A DNA stretch of 64,000 bases from Azolla caroliniana (taxonomy: Eukaryota; Plantae; Polypodiophyta), in contig JBHGNT010000012.1 of the NCBI GenBank assembly GCA_043228905.1, forward strand, positions 17,732,001 through 17,796,000. Reading direction: 5' to 3'. This document shows positions 11,594 to 24,946 of this stretch, piece after piece. Both the position numbers and the translations under genes were made by a program. The notes beneath the pieces are model-generated. The model was not told where the DNA came from. It saw nothing but the letters and a program-made list of their open reading frames with translations, and searched no databases. The first letter of the stretch is position 1, and the number at the start of each line of letters is the position of its first letter.

Positions 11594-14500
11594 AGTACTC
11601 CTCATCCGGTTCTCACCGGGTCTACGTCATCCGGCTCTTCGTAGCCGGGTACTCCTCATACGGTTTCGGCCTCGGCCTAGTTTGTTCATCAGCACTAGTC
11701 TTCTCCCTTCCCATCCGGAGGGACCTGTCTCCCAACAAACTCCCCCTTCACTCCGGCATGGGGTGTCCTACTAGTCTGATCCTCTTCCGGCATGCATCCA
11801 GCTTGTCGGGTATTAGCACTTTGGTCAGCATATCTGACCCGTTCTCGGCCGTGTGGATCTTCGTCAGTGCGAACTCCTGGTCATCTACTCTTTCCCGGAT
11901 CCAGTGAAATCTTCGCTGGATATGCTTCGTCCGGGAATGATATGCCGCATTCTTAGCAAGATGGATGGCACTTTGACTGTCACAATAAAGTCGGTATTCA
12001 TCTTAACGGATACCGAGCTCTTCGATGAAGTCCTTCATCCATAATATTTCCTTGCCGGCTTCCACAACTGCCATGTACTCCGCCTCCGTGGTTGACAATG
12101 CAACCGTCTTCTGCAGCCTCGATTGCATATGTCATTACATACCCGGATGTAGACTGGCTGGTATCCACATCAGCCGACATGTCCGAATCGGTGAAACCGT
12201 CAAGTTGAGGTTTTCCGGAGCCGAATCGGAGACACATATTTGAAGTGCCCTTCAAATACCGGAGTATCCATTTGACCGCGTTCCAGTGCTCTTTGCAGGG
12301 ATTGCTCATAAACCGGCTCACCACTCCGACTGCGTATCCAATGTCCGGTCGGGTACAAACCATTGCGTATATGAAGCTCCTGACGGCAGAGGCATATGGA
12401 ATCTTCATCATATCCGCCTTCTCTGCTTTCGTCTTCGGGCTTTGCTTACCGGATAACTTGCAGTTTGCCGGAAGTGTCGATCCGACCGGTTTCGCATCTG
12501 ACATGTTGAACCGGTGAAGCACCTTTGTCACGTACTTCTCCTGTGACAGCCATAATTGCTTCGCTGACCGGTCCCAAATGATGTGCATCCCCAACATCTG
12601 TCTTGTCGGACCCAAGTCTTTCATTGAGAAGGTTCGGTTGAGAGCCTTCTTCAGCATCCATATTTTTACTTGGTTTCGTCCGACGATCAACATGTCATCC
12701 ACGTATAGGAGGAGTATCAGGAAGTCGCCTCCTTCGAACTTCTTCACAAACACGCAATGATCGGCCTGCGTCTTGTGGTACCCTTGATTGGTCATGAAGG
12801 AGTCGAACTTCTGGTACCATTGTCGGGGGGCTTGCTTCAACCCGTAGAGGCTCTTCTTCAACCGGCAGACCAGGTGCTCCTTCCCTTTCTCCACGAATCC
12901 TTCCAGTTGCTGCATGTAGATCTCTTCTTCGAGGTCACCGTGAAGGAATGCCATCTTCACGTCTAGCTGCTCTACCTCAAGGTCCATGCTTGCCGCTATA
13001 CTCAGCACCGTCCGAATGGAGGTCATCTTTACTACCGGGGCAAATATCTCGTCGATGTCCACGCCCCTTCACCACGATCCTGGCTTTGTATCTCAGGGGG
13101 TTGCCGGCATCTCCCGGTTTCAACTTGTACACCCACTTGTTTCGGAGTACCCGCTTTCCTTTCGGCAACTCCACCAATTCGTACGTATGGTTCTCATGCA
13201 GGGAATCCATCTCATCCTGCATGGCACTTAACCATTTTCGGTTGTGGGTGTCTTCCTTCGCTTCTTCGAAGCTTTCCGGCTCCCCCTCATCGGTCAGCAG
13301 AACATGATCTACATTCGGAAATCTCCGGGGGGGCCTTCTCTCTCTGAGAGGATATCTCCGTCTCTGGGCTTCGGTTACTGGCTCATCCATCTGCTCTTCA
13401 TCCGAATCCGATTCACGGTCTTGGCTGGTTCCGGTTTCAGCTTCCTCTACTTCTTCTTCAGCATGTTCGGTATCCTCACCGTAACCGGCTGGTCCCTCGA
13501 GTGCTAACCGGTCTCTTGCCGATTGGGTCTGCTCATCGTAGAGTTGATCCTTACCGGTCGACTCTGAGTTCATTATCTTCTTCTCCGACTCTCAGTTGGC
13601 GAGCGTCTTGTTCTCCATGAAGATAATATCTCAACTCCGGAATACCTTCTTGTCGACCAGGTCCCACACTCGGTAGCCGAACTCATCGTCACCGTAACCG
13701 AGGAATATGCATGGCCGGGTCTTTGGATCTAACTTTCCTCTCCGGTCCTTAGCTACATGCACGTACGCAAGACACCCGAACACCTTCAGATGCTGGTAGG
13801 ATACTTCCTTACCGGTCCACACTCTCTGTGGCGTGTCTCCGTCCAAGGGTACTGAGGGTGATCTATTTATCACATATGTCGCCGTCGACAGTGCCTCAGC
13901 CCAAAACTTCTTGGGTAGTTTTGCATGCGCTAGCATACTCCGGACCCTCTCCATTATGGTCCGGTTCATCCTCTCGGCCAGTCTGTTTAGTTCCGGCGTC
14001 TTCGGCACGGTAAATTCGAGCCAGATTCCCTTCGAGCGATAGTACTCCTCGAACTGCCCCCGGTACTCTCCTCCGTTATCTGCTCGAACCGCCTTCAGCT
14101 TTCGGCCGGTTTCTCTTTCCACTCTCGCATGGAGCTCTTTGAAGACGGATAACACCCGATCCTTCGTCTTCAACGGTGTGACCCACAACTTCCGGTTGTG
14201 GTCATCTATGAACGTCATGAAGTATTGCGCTCCGGCATGTGACTTCGTGTCTACTTGACATACATCCGTATGCACCAACTCCAGTGGTGCATTACGTCTC
14301 ATCGATGGCCTTGGTCGGAAGGAGGTCCGGTTCTGCTTACTGGCCAGACAATCAGTGCACGTTCTTCACTGGAATGAGGTTGTCGTTTGCAAGCCTCTTC
14401 ATCCCCTTCTCGCTCATATGACACAGCCTCTTGTGCCACAGCTCATCGGCAGTGTTGGATGCCACGTTCACTTCTTCCGGGCATAATCGGGCATTCATCA

Positions 14501-15863
14501 GGTACAGTGTGTTTACCTTCCGGGCCCGAGCCACAATCAGGCTCCCTTTGCTGAACTTCATGACACCGTTCCGGATGCTACCCATGTAGCCCTCATCATC
14601 TAGCCGACCGGCTGATATCAGGTTCAGTCGAACCTCCGGAACGTGTCGGACATCCCTCAGCAGCAACTTGCATCCGGTTGGTGTCGAAAACCACACGTCT
14701 CCTATGCCGACAATTCGGCATGTACCTTCATTCCCCATCCGGACACAGCCGTGATCACTCGCTGAGTAGGATGTGAAGCATTTCCGGTTCGGGGTAAGGT
14801 GGAACGACGCTCCGGAGTCTACCACCCAGGTCATCTCGTCGCCGGCAAGGTTTATCTCACACTCCTCGGTGATGAGTATCAACTCTTCTTCACTTGCCGC
14901 GATTGTCGTCGTTCCCTTCCGGTCCGGCCCCCTCCGGTCTTTACCGTTCCCGTCCGGGGTTCGCTTCAAATCGGTATCGTCGGTCTCCTTATCTTTTCGG
15001 AAATGCCGACAATTCTTTTGCAAGTGTCCCGGCTTGCCGCAATAGAAGCAAGTGGGCCTCCCCCTTGACTTTGACCGTGTCCCCGACTTCTCCCAGTTCT
15101 GGGGACTACGGTTTCTCTGTCTTCTGCGTTCTGATTCGGTAAGGAGCGCCTTGGAGTCGGAGCTCGTATCTTTATCTTTCCGACGCGCCTCCTCATCTAG
15201 CAAGCTCGACCTTACTCTTGCTAGGGATAACCGTTTTCCTTCCGGCCCGGCGTTGCCCAAAGTTACAACCAACGTCTCCCAGCTATCCGGGAGGGAGCCG
15301 AGCAGGAGTAGTCCTAGTACCTCGTTGGCGAGAGGTACTTCCAATGAAGTTGCCTGGTGTATCAGCCCCTGGAAGGCATTCATGTGCTCCGCCATGCTGG
15401 AGACATCTTGGTACCGGAGTCTTACTAGCTTTCGGAATACCGAAACCTGATTAACAACATTATTGTTTTGGAACATTATGCCGATCTTCTCCCAGAGCTC
15501 ATGAGCCTTGCTCTCTTCATTGAAGTTGTTGTATAGGCTCATGTCGATGAAGCACCGTATGTACGCCGTTGTCTTCATGTGCATCACCTTCCATATCGCG
15601 GCGTCTATTTTGTTCGGTCTCTTGTCCCCGAACTGAACCGGCAACCAGAGGTCTTTAACCACGAGCATGTCCCTCATCTTCGACTTCCACACTGAATAGT
15701 TGGAGCCGGTGAGCTTGAACATGCCGCCAAACGATTCGTCCATTTTCTGTGTCGTTTTGCTCTGATACCACTTGACGAGAACTCAACGTTCGTTATGCAC
15801 AACGCTCGGCCACCACCGAAGTTAGAATCATACACAGAAAACAGGAAACGAAAACACGACACA

Positions 15864-15965
15864 AAGGAGAAGAAAAAAAGTACACAGGATGTTCACGTGG
15901 AAAAACCCAAACTAAAGGAGAAGAAAAAAAGTACACAGGATGTTCACGTGGAAAAACCCAAACTA
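15864..15965. repeat. 51-bp tandem duplication in the Copia B 5' LTR
   Basis: Two copies here; single copy in the 3' LTR (~6372-6422). Confidence 0.9.
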
Positions 15966-16281
15966 AAGGAAAAAACTACGGCAGCCCACAGGCTGCAAAC
16001 TATCACTATGTTGGAATGTACAAACTGTGAGTTCACGGAGGCAACGACCTCGTGCTCACGATCTTCGCCACAGGCGGCGGTTACAACAGAGGCAACGACC
16101 TCTTTCTCTCTCTCTCTCTCTCTGTACACTGTTACGTGCTCTCTCTACTTCTTGCACCAACAAGAAAATAACAACCACTACTAAAAGTTTGCCCTAAGTC
16201 ATATTTATACTAATATAACTTTTCGACTATTTACAAATATAGCCTCGATGGACTCTCAGAAACATATTTACGAATATGTCT

Positions 16282-16450
16282 CTTCATCCGGTTCTCACCG
16301 GGTCTGCACCATCCTGCTCTCCGTAGCCGGGTACTCCTCATCCGGTTCTCACCGGGTCTGCGTCATCCGGCTCTCCGTAGCTGGGTACTCCTCATCCGGT
16401 TCTCACCGGGTCTGCGTTATCCGGCTCTCCGTAGCCGGGTACTCCTCATA
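16282..16450. repeat. 54-bp tandem repeat (~3 copies) in the U3 region of the Copia B LTR
   Basis: TCATCCGGTTCTCACCGGGTC... at 16284, 16338 and 16392. Confidence 0.9.
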
Positions 16451-16527
16451 CGGTTTCGGCCTCGGCCTAGTTTGTTCATCAGCACTAGTCTTCTCCCTTC
16501 CCATCCGGAGGGACCTGTCTCCCAACA

Positions 16528-17986
16528 TTCCGGTCTTGCGCTCGCCGATCCGAACCGTTTCGGTCCGTGGCTCCCCGGTAAGCACCATTTCGTTCCGGTG
16601 ACTTCTTCGAATAGGTATTGTCGGTTTACTTGTCCTTCCGGAAATGCCGACAGTTCTTCTGGAAGTGCCCCGTCTTCCGGCAGTAGAAGCCAGTGGGCTT
16701 CCCCCTTGACTTTGACCGTGTCCTCGACTTTTCCCAGTTCTGGGGACTCCAATTCCTTTGTCTTCCGCGTTCCGATTCGGAAAGAAATGCCTTTGAGTCG
16801 GGGTTCGAGCCCTTGTCTCTCCGACGCGCCTCCTCGTTTAGGATACTTGTCTTCACCGTCTGTAAGACAAGTTCTCTTCTTGGCAGGAGGTGCTGAGAGT
16901 AACCACCAAGTTCTCCCAACTTTCTGGCAAGGTACACATCAACATGATTGCCTGCATTGCATCATCCAAGGGGAACTTGATCGCCGCAAGTTGATTTACA
17001 TACCCCATAAATGTGTTGATGTGTTCTACCATACTCTCATTGTCCCGGTACTTCAGGTTCACAATTTTCCTCATCAATGAGGTTCTGTTCAGAGCGTTCT
17101 TCCTCTCATATAGACCCGACAGCTTCTGCCACATCTCATGGGCATTCGTGTCGTTCGCCACGTGCTGAAGGACACTTACGTCGACGCATTGTCGGATGGT
17201 GGCCACGACCTTTCTGTTCAGAAGTTTCCACTCCGACTCCAGTACCCCTTTGGGTATTTCGGCTCTGTTGATCAGTTCATATAGGTCTTTTACAATGAGA
17301 AGGTCTTCCATCTTGATCTTCCAGTCGGCATAGTTCTGTGAGTTAAGAACCATCATTCCCGGGAGTCCGCTCCCGCCTCCTTCCATTTTCTGTGTTTTCG
17401 CTCTGATACCAGATTGATCGGATGCTTGTCTCCAACTATGCTCGGTCACAGCCTAGATGTTGGATCAATCACTGAAAACAGGGATGTGGAGAGGTGTAAC
17501 TACACACGAAACAGTAAAGAAAAGAGTGCAATGGATGTTAACGTGGAAAACCCGAATATGGGAAAAACCACGGCAGCCCTCAGACTGCAAAATATCACTA
17601 TATCAAGATTACAACAATGGGGCACAAAGGCAACGACCTCTTGCTCCCTCACTTCGCCACCAAGCAGTTATAACAAAGGCAACAACCTCTTCCTCTCTCT
17701 CTCTCTCTCTCGCTCTCTCTCACTCTGTACACAATTACACTCTAAATTATCGTCACACAACGATAATAACACAACCAACTCAATACAAAGATTTGCCCTA
17801 TGTCATATTTATACTGATATGACTATTCGGCTATTTACAAATATAGCCCCAATGGGCTCTTAGGAACATATTGATGAATATGTCCCTTCATCCGGTGAGC
17901 ACTCCTCACCGGGCCTGCATCATCCGGCGGATGCCGGGTCTTGTCGGGCCTTGTTCATCCCATCCGGAGGGACCGATATCCCAACA
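16528..17986 (-). mobile_element. Copia A, proximal part (5' LTR, PBS, gag)
   Basis: LTR 17986-17415 (TGTTGGGA...GATCA); iMet PBS 17411-17400; ATG 17386; gag motif NYADWKIKMEDLL...LPESWE; decayed CCHC. Confidence 0.92.
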
Positions 17987-20900
17987 TTCATGACCAGCCA
18001 CTGTGTCAAGGACACTATCCGTGAACGGAAGAGGAAACCCATCCATGCCTGTTGTGGCATTGAGTTTGTGGTAATCAACGCAAACACAGATTTTCCCGTT
18101 TTTCTTGGGGACGACGACGATTGGGCTTAACCATGTGGCTCTTTTTACTGGGCGTATAAAGCCTACTCGAAGGAGTTTGTCGATTTCCTCTTTGACCTTA
18201 GTCGCGTAGTTGGGGTTCATACGGTACCATCGTTGTTGGATCGGCCAAGTGTCCGGCAGGAGGTGTACTTGGTGTTGGTAATATTGGGGATCCAATCCCT
18301 TCATATCAGTGTAAGACCATGTGAATACATCATGATACTCCGTGAGCAGGCGTATCAGGGCTGACCGTTCGTCGGCGGGTAAGTTATTAGCGATTTGTAG
18401 TGTACGCAGGTTCTCGTCGGAGCCGAGGTTCAGTGACTCAAGTGTTGATGCTTTGACTCGCTGGGAGATGGCGAGTTCTCGTTCAAACGCGTCCCGAGCT
18501 TGTCGTAATTCTGTGATAGTTGTGGAATCAGCTTCCTCCTAGGGAAGGGAATATGTCGTGACATCCTCGTCCAGTGGTGTGCCGAAACCCGAAATGGCGT
18601 TTATTTCAAAAAGGGGTATGATAGTGGGATGATCTTCCAGGAAGTCATCAACCTCTTCGTCGGCTAAGCCGTCGAGCATGTGTACCCCTACCGCGTATAA
18701 GGGTGTAGTGTTGTGGGGCATGGTGAGGCGTTCTTCTGTTATTACTTGTACCTTGGTCTTCCCCCGGCGGAAAGAGATCATATTCCGTTGCCAATGTTGT
18801 TTAATATTTGTTGTGCGCAGCCAGGGTCGGCCAAGCAGCACTGGGTAAGCGCCCGGAGCTTCGAGGCGTAACACGACTGCCGAGAAAGTAAACATGTGGC
18901 CGCCTAACGTGAAATCAAGGTGGCGGATTAACCCGATGGGGCAAACTGATCGCGTATTGGCCATCCGAAGCCAAAAGGGGCACGGTTCCCATTGGTTGAG
19001 GCCAAGGGCGTGACATGTGGCCTCGCTGATGACATTCACACCGGAACCACCGTCGATTATGCATCCATGAAGGTCTCGTCCTTTAATCATGATTTTCACG
19101 GCTGGATTCTGGGAATCCATGAGGGGTGGGCCCGTCCCTGGCTCCGTCAGGTTAACAGGGGGTGCGACCAATTTGTCGTTAGTCGTGAGCGTAGCCAAGG
19201 TATCCCGAAAAGCGCAACATGAGCGGTAAAAGCTTATGTAATGGCAACGAGATCCTAGCGCTGGTAAGAGCTTCCCACATATGGTCATCTTCTGCCGCAG
19301 TGGATGGTCATGTGGGCGGTGGTGCGCCGATGGTCACGTCCCGCATCTCTGTGTGCATCCGTTCCACGTTGCTTTTATTGGCGGTCTCAATCCATTCCTT
19401 TGCTGCTTGTCGGACGTCATCTTGTTCTTGCCATTGGCTGGCTTGGGTCTTGCTACGTATAGTGACGTGTTGAACGTCGGCCATAATAGTATTCACGATT
19501 GGGGCCTTGTTGCGGTCCGTGGTTGGGCATTGGGTAGCGTAGTGGCCAGGTTGGTTACACTTAAAGTAGGTAACAGATGTCGAGTTGCTGGTGTCACTGT
19601 GCTCAGTGTGTGGGAAAGGTTGTGAGTGGTTCCCAGCCGCTTGTGTAGGCGTGTTGGCCCGTGATGCGTTGTGCGGGACAGTTGGAGGGGGATCTCGACG
19701 ACGATTGACGTTTTGTTATCGATTGTTACGTGAACCTTTGTAAGAGTTTATTCTATCGTTTCGTGAATACTGTTGATCGTACTGGTCATCCCGGTCGTCG
19801 TCATACTGATCATACTCATTGTTTGTTCTATATTGGTCGTCGTGGTACTGGTCACGACAGTCGTCGTTGCGACGGTAGTCGTCGTCGCGGCGCTAGCGAT
19901 CCGGAGAGTGTGGTCGCTCATTTGCCCGATGTCGGTATGACTGACGTTCATCCTACCAGGAGTATGTATTGCGAAGCTCGATCTGGCGAACCGGAGCCAT
20001 CGTTGTGCGGTTGAGCATGTTGTACTCACATTGTTCGATCATGTGAGCTCAGGACTGACATATTGGGCAGTGTGGCCGGTGAGGGCACTCGAGAGCCAGA
20101 TAGCCTAAGCCTAAGCAGGTCGTGCATTGGAGGGCTTGTTGGAAATGATTATCCTCCTGAGGAAGGGAGTTGTGCAATGAGCCCATGGAGAAAGCCGTGT
20201 TATGTTGTGTCCTATGATCTATCGATGGTGAGGACGCGTGCGATGACTTGCTCGATCGTCTGGTTAGAGAAATTGGTAAGTGCGAGAGTCATCCGTAGAG
20301 GGTCCCGTAGGCTGGACAGGAAGGTATCCGGAATGTGATGGGCAGAAACATCGTCGGCCAGTTGTCGGTAGAGATCCTGAAACCGGATCGTGAACTGGGC
20401 GACCGTCTCGTGAGGTTCTTGGCTCATGGAAAAGAAATGCCAGAGTAGTTCGCGCTTCGGAACTTGGCGATGAAATAATTCTAGAAACTTTGTTCGGACG
20501 TCTTGGAACGTTGTGACCTCCCCCATGTCGAGGTGGGAGTACCATCGAGTAGTCGGGCCATCGAGGGATAAAGTGAACTCTGTGATTTTAGAGGACTCGA
20601 TTTCGGCAGTCGATAACAGTTGTGTCGAGTGGTTGGCATATCATGTGGACACGAAAGCATGGATGTGTGATTCCGCGTCGGGGCCGTCGGTATATCGTGG
20701 GTAAGGGTAAGGCATGGTATCGAGATCCGGATCTTCAGATAAACCCAAAAAAGGGTTAGGGTCAGGTTGGTGACCTCTAGAGGACTCGACGGGGAGGTCG
20801 GTGTGGAATCAACTCGCAATTGGGTATCAGGTGGCGAGGATTGCGACTGGTGAGCCTCTGATAGTTCCTGGAAAGATTGGTCAATGAGCGTTGAGTCGGA

Positions 20901-21036
20901 AGTTTCTTCAATTGGCTCTAGGCGTCGGGCAAGTGGCCGAGACCGCGTGATGCGATTGGGCACCATACTGGCGGCTGGGGTTTGCCTCCTACGTAGTTCG
21001 TTGTGACCTTACAGTTGTAACTGGGCGTGCCAAATT
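17987..21036 (-). mobile_element. Ty3/Gypsy element D (gag, PR, 5' part of RT), decayed, interrupted by Copia A
   Basis: PBS TGGCACGCCCAGT at 21032-21020 (tRNA-Arg type); gag FLELF...QEPHETVAQF; protease IIDGGSGVNV..LLGRPWL; RT WLSPIVVVPKKNGKICVCVDYHKLN..FPLPF. Confidence 0.88.
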
Positions 21037-21173
21037 GTGTTAACCATTTCTGGGGAAACACCTTCGATGAGCCCACAGGCTATCGGTATCAAGGGATCAT
21101 GTTACGTGGATGATCCCTTGATACTGATAGCTTGTGGGCTCATCAAAGGTGTTTCCCTAGAAACGGTTAACAC
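21037..21173. repeat. 64-bp-arm inverted repeat with a 9-nt loop, at the LTR position of Gypsy D
   Basis: Arms 21037-21100 and 21110-21173 with 5 transition mismatches. Confidence 0.92.
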
Positions 21174-23493
21174 CTATGTTCATAGCGAAGATATGTGGCC
21201 CATGGTTTTCACGTAAAAACCTGTGTATTGTGTATTCTCTATCAACTTCTTGTTTTATGTTTCCATGTTGTGCATTTCAGTCTATCTTTCTCATAGATCT
21301 ATGGTCAAGCTACAACAAATCTTATAGCGTGGGTGACTCGGCCACATGTCCCAAGTCGAACTAGACCGGCTAATGGCGATCGGCTACATCCCGAAACTCC
21401 AGACAAATACGGACTTCTGAGAGCATTGTCATTATGGGAAACGAACCCAAAGTCCGCACTCTCTCCACTATGAGATGGTATGACAACCCCTAGAGCTTGT
21501 GTATGCCAACATTTGCGGGCCAATGCCCGAAAAATCTCTAGGAGGCTCCCGACACTTCATCTCATTCGTAGATGATTGTACACGGAAGTTCTAGGCCTAC
21601 TCAATTAGGTCAAAAGACAAAAGCGTTCAAGGTCTTCTCTCGATGGTTAGCCGAAGTGGAGAACTGATTACGGCACTGAGTGAAGATACTCTGGTGTCAT
21701 GATGTTTTCGACACATAGTGCGAAACCACCCTCAAAAGAGAATAAAATAATAGTTCAAATAAACTAATGTTGTGAAGTCAAATATTATAATAAATAAAAG
21801 GATAAAAAGTTAGAGGCGGGTTTTCAAAAGTAGAAAGAGGAGAAAAAAATAGGAAAAAAAAGTTAGGCGTGGATATGAGGAATAAGGTAGAGAAAAAAGC
21901 TCATAATTTCCTCGTCCGATGTCCAAATTAGAAAAGAAAATATTCATAAGAAAGCTAACATGAAGGGCTTTCCAAATATACCTTGCATGTCAATTTGAGC
22001 TTACAAAAGAGAAATAATGATAGAAATAAAAAATGCCTCATATAGACAAGCTTTTTTTAGGAGAAAAAAAAAAGCAAGCCATAGAAAACAAATAAATAAG
22101 AGCTATTCTTAAGAAGAAGGGGGGGATGGATGGGGATTTGAAGAAGAAAAGATTTATGTTTCCTTTCTCATACTCTTATACCCTTAAAAGGGAGATAGAA
22201 AAAAAATTTCATGTAACAAAATAAGTCCATTAGATTGATGATTTAGTAATAAAAAACTTTCTATGTTTCCTCTCTCATACTCTCTTTGTTTATCTATAAG
22301 TATAATTAAGTGTTATTCATACTCTCTTACTCTAAGCATTCTTACTCATAAGCATACACAAGTATTATTCGATCTCGCATCTCGCATAATCTCTTACTCG
22401 AAGCTTTTCTTGTGCATAACTATAATTAAGTATTAATCAATCTCTCATACTATCTTACTCTTATTCGAAGGAAATATCTCGTCTTAAAACTTAAAGTGCA
22501 TAAATCATTTAGCCCTAAATCCTTCCGGTCTAGAACCTCGACAGTTCCACTACACAATCCACACTAGATGGTAGATTTTCACGACATAATTAAGTGGTGA
22601 ACCCGACGTGAAGAGGCGGTAGGAAGGATTCAAGTGCTTGAAATAGAAGATTAGAAGATGGCTTCTTCGACAAACACCCAAGTTGATGAAGTGGCGAAGT
22701 TGGTGGCTATTGTCGAGCATATGATGAGAGCTCATGATAATGATGCAAGATTAGACAAGGCCATCGACCGGACCGTTGAGAAAGCAGGCCAATTTGGTGG
22801 AAGAAATACTACGGATTTCCTCGCTACATACAAGACAGAGACGCAACAACGAGATGTCATCGAAAAGAAACAAATATCAAGCTTCAAGCATGTCGTGGAA
22901 AATGGGTTACAAGGCCATATAATGGAGATTCAAGTCCCCCAAACAACATGGGTGGGATTCGAAAGGGCACTTTTGGCCGAATATATGCTTGAAGATGCAT
23001 CGAGGATGACTCGACACACGTTGATGAAGTGGATCAAGAAGAAGGGGAAGAACATGAACGCGTTGGAGGTGTACAACGAATTCGACCAAATGTACAATCG
23101 TCTCTGAAGCACCGACCAAATGTTTCTCAAAGGAGATAAGGTTCTATAATTCTTAAATGCGGTGGATGCGAAAGATAGACGAGAACTAGGTAGTCTATTA
23201 GAGGAAGAAACACAACCCAATGGTCTCATAATAGATTGGGTTGCGGTAAGAAGAGCACGTGACTAGTTCGACAACTGTCGTCGATGATTAGATGATTCCG
23301 ACATGGCGGGGTCGATAGTTCAAAGATGGAAGTCTCCAATAGTAACTGAGATGTCAAAGCAGAGTGAGTCGACCGAAAGAGCAATGGAGGACAACAACGT
23401 CAAGATGAAGATGGCTATGGACGACACAACAAAGGCGGATGATGAGCATATTTGAACACACTAGTTCTAGAGACCTGCGCAATTGTGTTTGAG

Positions 23494-24498
23494 AACCAAT
23501 GTAATACTCAAGAAAAGGAAGGTGACAACGAGGAAGCAAAGGTCGAAGCCGATGCGTACGATGAAGAGGCAAGCATAGTTGAGGCATCCTCGATAGAGAA
23601 GTTCAATAGGTACAATGCCCATGAGTTTGAAGAGATGGCCACAAATAATGACTTAGAGGTAGAGGTGTCTATGTACAACATAATGAAGGAGTACGACAAG
23701 TGTGTCGGGACTTCCTCCCCACTATTTCAAGAGATTTGGGCAATGGTGGAGGGGGACATATCGGTGGGTGGAAAAAGGGCCATCACCAAAGAGTCATGCC
23801 CAAACCAAATTAAGACCCAAGAGAATTAAGGTGGCGGTGAGGAAACAAAGGTTGAAGCTGATGTGTATGATGAAGAGGCAAGCATAGTCGAGGCATGCTC
23901 GATTGAGAAGTTCAATGGGTACGAGGCCCATGAGTTTGAAGAGATGGCCATGGATAACGAATTAGAGGTAGAGTTGGCTATGTACAACACAATGAAGGAG
24001 GACAACAAGTGTACCGAGACTTCCTCCCCACTATTTCAAGAGACTTGGGCAATGGTAGATGGGAACATATCGGTCGATGGAGAAAGGCCCATCACCGAAG
24101 AGACATACCCGAACCAAATTAAGACCCAAGAGAAGGAAGGTGCCAGTGAGGAAGCAAAGGTCAAAGCCGATGTGTACGATGAAGATGCAAGCATAGTCGA
24201 GGCATGCTCGATGGAGAAGTTCAATGGGTACGAGGCCCATGAGTTTGAAGAGATGGCCATTGATAACGAATTAGAGGTAGAGTTGACTATGTACAACACA
24301 ATATAGGAGGACGGCAAGTGTATTGAGACTTCCTCCTCACTATTTCAAGAGACTTGGGCAATGGTAGATGGGAACATATCGGTCAATGGAGAAAGGGCCA
24401 TCAGCGAAGAGACACACCCGAACCAAATTAAGACTCAAGAGAAGGAAGGTGGCGACGAGGAATCAAAGGTCAAAGATAATGCATATGATGAAGAGGTC
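23494..24498 (+). repeat. 309-bp (103-codon) tandem repeat, ~3.2 copies, encoding a Glu-rich sequence
   Basis: AACCAA(A)T anchors at 23494, 23803, 24112 and 24421. Confidence 0.93.
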
Positions 24499-24946
24499 TG
24501 TGAATGTTAATGTGCAAAAGCGTCAGACATAACCGGCTCAGCCGGATAGCAACAGAAAATGAGATGAAGGTTTAATGGAAAAGCTTCAAAACACAGAGGA
24601 GACAAAGAGAGCAGAACATAAAACTATATTCAAAAAATAACTCTAAAACTCTGTAGATACAACGTGCTAAACAACATTATTTATACAAGTCCATAAAGGA
24701 TTGACAGAAGTACTGACAGGTACTTCAATGCTCACAAGTGCAACTGACACTAACTACGAGACAATGATTACCTAGTAGTCTAGGCTACTACAAGGCTTCC
24801 GATTCCCGCTCGAATCCGGCTCTCCGATCCGACTCCCCAATCCGGACGGTTGTTCCCGGATACTAATCTAGCTCATCCTTTCGGATGCCGATCTGGCTCA
24901 GGCGTATTCAGCCGATCCGGATCTAGTTGAGCTTGCTCGTTCAACA
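24499..24946. mobile_element. Solo LTR (448 bp) inserted in element F
   Basis: TGTGAA...TTCAACA termini; 5-bp TSD AGGTC at 24494-24498 and 24947-24951. Confidence 0.88.

Larger units (their letters stand above)
6282..16527 (-). mobile_element. Copia B, structurally complete but decayed, inserted into Copia A
   Basis: 5' LTR 16527-15773 (TGTTGGG...CTCGTCA); iMet PBS TGGTATCAGAGC 15770-15759; gag ATG 15743; CCHC, PR, IN, RT (YVDDML) and RNase H; PPT 11750-11738. 3' LTR is split into 11737-11594 and 6591-6282. TSD TTCCG at 6277-6281 and 16528-16532. Confidence 0.93.

Noticed and set aside
23494-24498. CRISPR-like array (also 16282-16450 and 31363-31929)
   Set aside because: Head-to-tail repeats with no unique spacers, in a eukaryotic context
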